DNA from: Elsinoe ampelina
Taxonomy: Eukaryota
DNA length: 64,000 bases
Assembly (NCBI GenBank): GCA_010093995.1
Contig: ML992501.1
Coordinates: 1,669,583-1,733,582 of the forward strand
Direction of reading: 5' to 3'
Under the pieces are notes generated by a model that worked only from the letters and a program-made list of their open reading frames with translations, searched no databases and had not been told where the DNA came from. Position numbers and translations under genes: made by a program. Numbering within the stretch: position 1 is the first letter of the stretch; the number at the start of each line of letters is the position of its first letter. Below, in pieces: positions 54,699-64,000 of this stretch.

Positions 54699-57600
54699 TA
54701 ACCTTACAAATTACGTAATTTACCTTCTAGCTATTCCTAATCTAGACGTGCCTCTCTAGTAGAAATATTAATAAACTTATAATTCTATTACCTTACCTAA
54801 GGAATTATTATTTACAAACCTTAGACATATAACTAGTACTATAATTAAGAAGTATATACTCTCCGAGGAACCTAAATAACTACTACTACCTATAAAGAAG
54901 GCAAAAACGAACCTTACCCTACGAATTACTAGAGCGTAGGCAAAAGCAACTAAAGACTTAAACGAATAAGACATTAAAACGGAACTAGTCGCATAGATAA
55001 GACCTTTAGCTAAGAAGTTACTAACTAAGAAAGGCTTTAAACCTATAACTAGAAGACTAGGACTCTAAAGAGCTAGAGGCTAACATTAAGTAAGGCTAAT
55101 AGTCGAGAGCGAGAGTAGAGCCGACATAGTTATAAAAGTGACAAACGAGTTAAATACTTAAATAGAAACTGCTAATACTAGTAGAGACGAGACAAAATAG
55201 CTACATAATAAAACTAGTTATAAAAAATCTCTATAGAATTTAGTTAATAATGTAACTAAGCTTAACTTAACTAATAGCAAGCTAAACGCACTATATAACT
55301 ATAGGGGATAGTAGGCCGATATACTACGCCTAATATAGAAGAAGAAGCTAGCGGAACTAAAAGTTACTCTATCTTCTACTAGTAAGGACAACTCTATAGA
55401 CCTTTTAGAGGAACTCTAGTTAGTCCTAGAAGCACTAGAAGTTAATAAAGATTTCTTTAACTATAACTACTCTCCGCTTAACTATATACTAATAATAAAA
55501 GGAGTTATAGGTAAAGCTATTACTCTACTTAAGAAGGATTCTAAACTTACTAACCTTCTAAAAGTATTCCGGGCTAGAGCGTCTACCTTGTTAATCTATA
55601 GGGATTAATATAACATCTAGAAACTACTAACCTTAAATAGAGACTTTACTACTAAAGTTCTAGGTTTCCTAACCTAAGCCGATATAAAAAAGACTAAGAG
55701 TAAGAAAGTAGAGATAGACAACTACTAGATATAGGTTAGCAACGAAACACTAGCTAAATAGAGCCTATACCTATTCTTCGTAGGATAATAACTAATAATA
55801 GGCATAACAAGAGACATAATTAGAGTAGCATTTAAGGCCTATAGTTAGGATAAGAAATAATATAAGAAGGTCCTACTTCTTCTCCTAGACGAAGTAGATA
55901 ACCTATAGAAGGCAGTTATAGCTAAGTATATTCTTTAACAACTTAATAAGTAGAATCCCTTAACTAAGGAAAAGAAGCTATATAGCATCCTAAAAATAAT
56001 AAGAGAGAAGTACACTAACCTTCGAGCATAGTAGAACTATAGGAAAGCGAAGGTAGAACTAGAAGAATAGGACTAATCTAATACGTTATAGGAAAAGCCA
56101 ATAGACAATAGAGAGAGAGAAAAGGAAGTTAACCTAAAATAAGCAACTAAAGACATTCTATTAAACTGCCTAGAAGTTAATATCGAAGTTATAGATATAT
56201 TATACTTAGACTAGACTAGCATTAAGAAGTTAAAAGCGATTAAAGAATCTTGTCTAAGTAACATTATTATAGTTAACTATCTTCTTATACTCTATAAGAG
56301 ACTAATATTTAGAAACAATAAGAAGGTATAGGCAAGGTACCTATATATTAATACTTACGCTAATCCCGGAGACCTCCCTACTAAGATATATAATCTACTA
56401 AACTACAACCTAGTAGAGAAACTAGTTAAGATTTATAAAGTTAAGAACTAGGAAAGATTAATTCTAGAGTTCGACTACGACCGAAAGGTAAACTACCTAC
56501 TATTATATCCCCTAGCCTTTGTTATTCTTAACCTCTAGATTAAAGAAATTAGCGAAGCTAGGTTATAGTATCTACTATAAGGCTATAGCGTAGTATACTC
56601 CTAAGTAACTATAAGTACGATTTTTAAATTAACTGCCTAAGAGTATAAGTTATCTAACCTAGTCTTTATCGAGATAGTATAACTTAAAGAGACACTAAAA
56701 GGGTAAAGAGGCCTTATAGATAGCCTTAAGGACCTCGCTACCCTTCTAGGATAGATTAGCCTCCTCGATATAGACGAAGTAAGAAGGTTCTATAATTACT
56801 AGACATAGAAGCTCTACGCTACCTAGAATAAGAACCTATAGTATAACAAGTTAAAACCTATAATAAAGATAATACTCCGACCTAAATTCTCTAAAGGAGA
56901 GTTAATACGTTTTTAAAAGACAGGAACTGTAATAAACTTCTTAGAACAAATCTAGATTAAAGAAGAACTAGCGCTTAATAACAATAGTAGACCCCTCCTA
57001 AAGGTTAACTATTTTAGGCTAGTTATAATTATAATAGAGAAACATATTTCACTTGCTAGCTATTACTAGAGGCTTTCGGTGTATAACAATAACAACGCTA
57101 GTTATATAAACTACTAGTTGTACGTTCTACTCTATAGTTAGGCAAGTTACGCCTACTCTACTTAATTGCTAAACTACTAGAAGGAAGTAGTTAAGGCGTA
57201 TAAAATCGAAGGCGACCTAGACCTACTATTATAAGAAATTATAGAATACTAGACTACTTTACATAAAACAGCAAAGTATTTAATATTCTAAGGATACTCT
57301 AGATACGATACTAAGGTGCCTATATAGCACACGTACGACCTAGTTATATTAATAAAGTTACTAAGAGCTCTAACAAAGAATAACTAAATTAAAAGTAAGT
57401 TTGTCGCGAGATATAACGCTACTAAAGAACAATTAGATAGAGAGCTTAAGGAATTTAAATAATAGGTTATATAACCTTAACTAAAAACCCTTACGTTAAA
57501 GAGTAGGCTAACTAAAACTAAAAGGCGTAAACCTATCGACATAGGCGCTAGCGGTACTCTAACACCCGGTAAGGAAGACAACTAGAAAACTAAATAAGGC

Positions 57601-60282
57601 TATAAGAGGAAGTTAACTAACGTAGGCTAAGGAACCGGCTAGAGCGCTATAGCCGAGGAAAAGAACCTTAAGATCTTTAACACTTTTAGCATAACTAAGA
57701 ATTTCCGAAGTATAAAGTACAATCTTAATAATATTAAGAAGAGTTCTAGTATCGAATATAAAGATTACAACGTAAAGAAATTCTTTAACGCCTTAGTCCC
57801 TAATTTCCCTTTAGCTACGATTCTACTATAGTGCTACTTTAACAGTTTTATACTTAGTTATATAATCCGCTATAAGAATACATTTATAGTTACTAAGTTA
57901 GACTACTATTTCCTTAGAATCTTCGACAAGAATTAACTCCTATGCCTAGACTACCTACTATTTAGGAATCTATACATAGTTAAGAATAAACAACGCTAAT
58001 AAGTTATAGTATTAGCCTATAGAGTTTACCTCCTAAGTAGATCGGAAGTCTAACGTTGCCTCGAGCTTAACCTAGAGAAATATAAATGCTCTAACTCTAT
58101 AGTATAGAACTAGCTACCGTAAGGAACTAACTACTACACTACTTATAAGGCTCTAGCTAGTATTAGGCTATACCCCTCGAAGTTCTAACCTGTTAAATAA
58201 AGCGTCTACGTCCTAATATAACTTTTCCTATAAACTAAGTAGAATGCCTACTACTAAGCGCTCTAAACTAACCTATATAATATTAACACTTATTATCTAA
58301 GTTTTCTAGTGTAGGTAATAAGCTTCTTTAAATAGGAAAAGGATAAATTCATTAATCTACTACTAGAAGTAGTCGAAAGGTAGAAGGGCGAGCTAAAGGC
58401 TATAGTCTAGAGTAATTATAACTCTATCGATCCGATTAACGAGGTAGTAGTATACGGAATAGGGGACTTAGTTAACCCTACACTAGCTCTATAGGATGTC
58501 TACGACGTCCCTACTAAAAGCGCTATTAACAAGATTATTAATTAGTTAGACGTAAATAGCTAAGACTATAAGCTATATAATAGAAATAATTTTAACAAAG
58601 ACAACTACCTAATTATAGATATAACCGATCTTATAAGAGGATCTAGTCTTATCGTAGTTAATAACTAGACTTCTACCGACCTTATAGTATTAAAGAACTA
58701 ACAAATAACTAAGAGCGTCGCTAGGGATACTAAAAACGCTATTATAACCCCGAAACTGAATTTAGAAGAAGAACTAGTACTACGTAAGGTATATAAGTAA
58801 CACAATAAGGAGGATAATTAAGAGGGCCTAGGGGAGATACCTCTAGAGAAACTTAACTAACCTTCGGCACTAGAGAAGCTATAACCTCTATAAAGCTAAA
58901 CTACAATTTAACCTAATAAGATCTAAGAGCTACCCGACGCCTCTATCTACTTAGTAATATAACCTAATAGCACAACTAACATTCCTATAGAGAAGTAACT
59001 AACTCTAAAGAAACTAGAGCGACAACTTAATAATATACTACTACCTAGTACTCTACTACCGTAACTAACTCCCTAGAAGTAACTATTAGCTTAAAACACA
59101 ATCGATCTTACGGGAGAAGAGAGTAATATTAGAGTAACTAAATTAGAGTAGCACGAGTTAAAGAACAATAATAATCTAGAACCTAGACTCTATAAATTTA
59201 AAGTAGCCTTTTAAGAAGCTAGGGAAATAAAACATATTCTAACTAACACCTTAAGCTCTAAACTACAAGATTTCTTCGTTTAATATAGCCTACTAAAACC
59301 TACACCTATAGATGCTACCTAACTAGTACTAGATTATACATTCCTTAATAAAAACTAGACTAGGCTAGCCTTTACTAGTTTTAATTAGCGCAACAGACTA
59401 GAACAACTTTAGAAGCTAGAATAGGAGGCACTAAAGCGACTCTACGAAGACTATAACGACGCTAATAAGTATAGGCCTTCTAAGCGGCAAGTATAAGAGA
59501 AGAACAACCTTTATAAATAGTTTAGCAAGAAAGATTAACTAGTATAAGAGACACTTATATAAAAGAAACTAAGCAAAAGACAACTATTAACGCGAAGATT
59601 ACTAAACAACTAGTATTCTTAGCTAGGCTAGGCGAAACCTCTATCCTAAGCGTAACTATATATATATAGCTATATAATTCTCCGCGAGAATTCGATTTCT
59701 AGATCTACTACGCCGCTATTAGCACTAAAGACAAATAAACTAATCTAACTACTAGCTAGAGAAGAACGTAGTAAACCGACTCCTCCTTAATATAAACACA
59801 TAGAGGAACTACTAGTTATAACACTACTAGGAGCAACTAAGTAGTAGACACGAGATAAGTAACTTAGCAAGAATAAACATTAACTAGAATAAGTTACAGT
59901 AGTTAATCCCTATAACTATAGGACTTATAGGTCGGGCCGAGAAACGAGAAAGTTTAGTGCCTATAGATCGACCTTCTATAACCTCTACTCCTAACCGGTA
60001 CTATATAACTAAATCGTATAAGCTATACTAGACAACGCTATCGAGACTATAGTAGTTGCTACTTACTAAGCCTTAGACGTAAGAGTAAGAGCTATAGGAG
60101 AATAAGTCGTATATAATACATAAGAATACGATATATAGGCACGATACATAAATAAGGTAGTAAGAGTAGTAATAGACACGATAGAGATACTACTAATCGT
60201 AAGAGAGATAATAGAGAATATAGATATAAAGAACAACTAAGAAGCGTTAGGGACGGACAACCGAGACAGTTGTTTAAAGTAG
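54691..60282 (+). pseudogene. D extra ORF (~1,850 codons, unknown function, RIP-inactivated; ends approximate)
   Basis: ATG at 54691. One frame reads as protein-like codons for ~5.6 kb with only TAA/TAG stops and no obvious frameshift. No domain recognised. Confidence 0.6.
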
Positions 60283-62822
60283 ATAGTTAGTAATAGTATT
60301 AAGATAGAGTAGTTAGTTAACAAGGTTGTTAACACTTTTCCTCTAGCTAGGGAATATATTACTATATAGTTAACCGGAGCTTACGTAGCGTAAAGCTTAG
60401 CGTATAATATATAACCTAAGATAGCTTTCTATAGCAAATATTATATAACTATGTCTTAATACACTTTTTATTACTAACTATTACAGTTTATGTAATAGCT
60501 AAGCTATTAGGGAGTTGTCTATACTAGTGCTACTCTAGTAGTAGTTAGTCGTTTCGCTAGCGCTAAGCACGGAGTGCTATCTTGTCTATATAGCTCTATC
60601 TAATAAGATATAAGAGAGATTAGAATTATAACGAAGGTAGAATATTAGAGCTAGAAAGATAAGTATATAGGAGTAGAATAGGTATTATACTAGTGTACTC
60701 TTAATTATTATAAGACTAATCTCTACTCTATCTATTCTATAGGTAAGAAGTGTTTTATTCTTCTATAGAGAATAGTATCTCCGGAGTAAGCTAGCGTAGC
60801 GTACTTACTACGTTAGTCCTTACACCTAATAAGGCAAGATAATAACACTAGCTAAAGCCTTAATATAATAAAGATCTATATATTAAATTACTTTATACTA
60901 GAAGTCTAGATATAAGAAAATAATGTAAGAGTAATAATAGACTTAGGAGCTAACTATAGCTACGTCTCTATAATAGTTACTAATTAGCTTAAACCTTATT
61001 AATATTAGAAGAAGCTACCTTACCTACTTACTATAGTAGATAGAACCCCTATAGAAAAGAATAGAAAAGTTACTTAGGAACTATAAAACGTTATAATTAA
61101 AATTAAAATATATATAGAAAAACAATTAATTAATATAGTAGATATATAGTATAATATAGTACTTAGTATAGACTAGCTTTAATAACACAATCTAGATATA
61201 GACTAAAATAAAGAAACACTTAAATTCCCTAAGTATAATTATAAAATATAGAGAGTATAATTAGCTCTATAGATACTAACTATAAGAATAGTATAGGTAC
61301 AACTAATAGTTAGAGCTATTACTAGCGTAAGTAATTAAGTACTTCTACTAGAATATAAAGACTTTAAGAACTTGTTTAAAGAAAAAGAAAGTATTATAGC
61401 CTTACTCTAATATAAACTATAGAATTACAAAATACCTTTTAAAGAGAGTAAATCTCTAATATACTATTAAGGTCTTATACTACTATTAAAATAAGAGAAG
61501 AATATTCTTAAGAACTATATTAATAAGTACTTACTTAAAGGATTTATATAACTATCTAAATTACCTATTACATATAGAGTGCTTTTTATACCTAAAAAGG
61601 ATAAAATATTATAAATATATATTAATTACTAGAAACTTAATATACTTACTAGGAAGAATTACTATCCTCTACTAAGAATTAACAAACTTTAAGACTAACT
61701 ACTTAGAGCTAAATAGTTTACTATAATTAATATTAGAGATACTTATTATTAAGTATAAATAAAGAAGAGCAAGGAGTAGAAAATAGCTTTTAGAACATAA
61801 TAGAGTTTATATAAGTACCTCGTTATACTCTTTAGGTTAACTAACGCTCCTATAACCTTCTAAGAGTTAATTAATAATACTCTATAAGAATACCTTAATA
61901 ACTTTATCTTAGTATATTTAGATAATATTATTATCTTCTTAAAGATATATAACAAATATATAAAACATATTTATAAAGTACTATAGAAACTAAAAGAGAA
62001 AGACCTACTAGTAAAACTCTCTAAGTATAAGTTCTATAAGTATAAGATATAATTTCTAGGCTATATTATATCTACTAATAGTATTAGACCTAATCTAAAG
62101 AAGATTAAGTTAGTAAATAACTAGCTAGAACCTATAATAGTTAAGGAGGTTTAAGCGCTACTAAAGTTCTTTAACTACTACTATAAGTTTATTAAAAGAT
62201 TCTCTAAGGTAGCTACGCTAATATCTAACCTTACGAAAAAGGAAACTAGCTTTATCTTTAACAAAAAATGTAGGTAGGCCTTTAAGAAGCTAAAGCTTAG
62301 ACTTATAATAGTACCTATCCTAGTACTTTTCGACCTAGATTAGTAAGTACTACTAGAAACAGATGCCTTAGACTTTATAATAGAAGTGTATCTAGCGTAG
62401 AAGGACGTAGAAGAATAACGCTACCTAATTATATACTACTTACAAAAAATAATTAGACCTAAACTTAACTATAATATATATAATAAGGAGTTACTTATAA
62501 TTATAGAAGTATTCTATAAGTAGAGAGTATACCTAGAAGAAACAACCTTACTAGTATAAGTCTATACTAATTATAAGAACCTTCTATATTACATAACAAC
62601 TAAGGTTCTTAATAGATAATAGGTTTAATAGTTAGAAATACTTACGAGCTATAACTTTTAGATCTACTATATTAAGAGATTAAAGAATAGTAGAGTAGAT
62701 GCTCTTAGCTAATAACTAGATTACTTAAAGAATATAATAATAATAGAGGCCTCTATACTAAAGTAGTAAGATAGCGCTTTAGTCTATAAGTACCTAAAGG
62801 TAGAGTAATTATATAGCCTTAC

Positions 62823-64000
62823 TATTACGAACTGTCTAAATATAGCCTACGCGAGTAGTCTAAGCTAAGCTAAGAACGAGATAGTTCTACTTCTATAGTA
62901 GTATAGCACTAAGGTAAGAGTTAGAGAAGGTAGGTCTTATAGATAATAAAGTATAATTAGATAGTATTATAAAGGCTAGCCTTAGTAATACTAGTGTTTA
63001 CTATCTAGACAAGGTTAACTATAGTACTTATATAAGGTAAGGACTATTCCTATATACATGTGTTCTCTATTATATTCTCTATGTGCTCTATATACTCTAT
63101 AGCGAGAGTTAGGAGTAACATAGAGTATATGTCCGCTAGTAACCTATGCACTTTATAGTTTTAGAGGTAGAGCTACTAGAGAAGATAGAGAACTAGGTAA
63201 ATGTCGAGCTAGGTTACATAATAATTTTAGTAGTTTAATTAGTCCTAACGTCTCTATATTCTAGCTATCCTACTAGTTTATAACATTACTCTCCTCCTTT
63301 AATTAAGTTATTCTAACGAGTAAGTATTCTTTCTTATCTTTACGTACTATATACTAAATATGCCTTTTAGTTGTTAAAGGCATAGTAAATCTAGTATATC
63401 TATACGAAAGAATCTCTTAGAGTTTATTAAACTATTTAGAACTAATATACTATAGGCTTATTCTTGTTATAAATTAAAGAGGCTAGACTATAAGGTCTAT
63501 ATTCGGTCGGGTATCTATAGCTAGTATATTATAAGTAACTACTTAAGTTATAATATTTAAGTAATAAAATTAGAATAGTAGTATCTCTAGTCTAAGTATA
63601 TTTATTTACAAAAGGAATTAGTTATAGCTAAGGCTACTAGAAAGAAAGCTAAAGAAGCTTATAAAAAGGCAAAAGAGACTTATTAAAGAGCTATAGGTAA
63701 TAAGCTTTATCTATATAAAGAGATATAGAAATTAAAGAATAAGGCAGAGAAAGTAATCTTTCTAGAGAAGATCTATATTTAAGTCTTAGAGTAGGAGGAA
63801 ATACTATTATTAGTAGATCCCGTCCTACTATAGAACTAGTAATTATTTATACTTAACTCTAATTAGAGTTCCTTATTTAGTAATAATTAAGGTACTTCTT
63901 TTAGCTAAGTAGTCTTCCTTAGATATTCTTGTTTTTGTTTAGTATTAGTAGTATTAGGCCTACCTAGTTAGTTTACTTAGGATAGGTTTTTAGTCTAGTA
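62823..64000 (-). mobile_element. Ty3/Gypsy A3, 3' end, inverted inside A1, truncated by the window edge
   Basis: 463-bp LTR at 62823-63285 is the reverse complement of the A2 LTR, followed by the PPT complement and the A2-like 3' region. Confidence 0.9.
63360..63940 (+). pseudogene. A3 antisense accessory ORF (Zn2Cys6-like plus coiled coil; end approximate)
   Basis: ATG at 63360. De-RIPed ACSRCKSKGLDCKVHVRSGICGQCIVSNCSSCD followed by a coiled-coil-like stretch. Confidence 0.6.

Larger units (their letters stand above)
46371..60497 (+). mobile_element. Large Ty3/Gypsy element D (14,127 bp, 141-bp LTRs) with an extra 3' ORF
   Basis: LTRs at 46371-46511 and 60357-60497 (6 differences, all transitions). 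TSD GCTAA (46366-46370 / 60498-60502; single in C1). Confidence 0.9.
39197..60824 (-). mobile_element. Ty3/Gypsy chromovirus C2 (pieces 39197-42845, 43053-46370, 60503-60824)
   Basis: 198-bp LTRs at 39197-39394 (3') and 60627-60824 (5'). TSD CCTAA (39192-39196 / 60825-60829). Reverse-complement match to C1. Confidence 0.92.
6496..62822 (+). mobile_element. Ty3/Gypsy A1 (outermost retrotransposon; own pieces 6496-6967, 37130-39196, 60830-62822; continues beyond window)
   Basis: Pieces rejoin collinearly with uninterrupted copy A2 once B1 (TSD GTAAC) and C2 (TSD CCTAA) are removed. Gag, protease, RT and RNase H remnants present. Confidence 0.88.

Noticed and set aside
54777..54974. 65-aa minus ORF
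   Set aside because: Antisense shadow of the D extra ORF.
56190..56560. Faint resemblance of part of the D extra ORF to a Ulp1/SUMO protease start
   Set aside because: Could not find the His-Asp-Cys catalytic motifs. Not supportable by eye.
6968..60824. Repeated 140-460 bp units as a CRISPR-like array or assembly duplication
   Set aside because: They are paired LTRs with TSDs and PPTs, and each copy has its own RIP mutations.
4830..64000. Alternative genetic code (TAA/TAG read-through) or an AT-rich organelle/virus origin for the stop-riddled frames
   Set aside because: Stops vary between sister copies as CAA/CAG/TGG versus TAA/TAG, and adjacent genes use the standard code. RIP explains the pattern.

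Overview
Filamentous-ascomycete (RIP-competent Pezizomycotina) genomic DNA. A ~4.2 kb GC-balanced island (~450-4702) holds an intronless epoxide hydrolase-family gene, a dispersed 5S rRNA gene and a 5'-truncated hypothetical gene. The rest is AT-rich repeat DNA mutated by repeat-induced point mutation (RIP). From 4703 to the end the repeats resolve into one nest, with 5-bp TSDs readable for every insertion that is complete in the window. The order is host gene > hAT transposon > Ty3/Gypsy A1 (from 6496, runs off the window). A1 contains B1 (6968-37124; holds C1 10693-25903, which holds B2 14125-22038, and holds A2 26002-33022), C2 (39197-60824; holds solo LTR E 42846-43047 and the 14.1 kb element D 46371-60497) and A3 (62823 onward). 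Manual reversal of RIP changes suggests two accessory systems. Families A, B and C each carry an antisense six-cysteine zinc-cluster-like gene between pol and the 3' LTR, with spliceosomal introns in B and C. Element D carries a ~1,850-codon extra sense ORF of unknown function after pol. All TE protein readings are hand reconstructions through RIP damage. Family labels A-E are mine.
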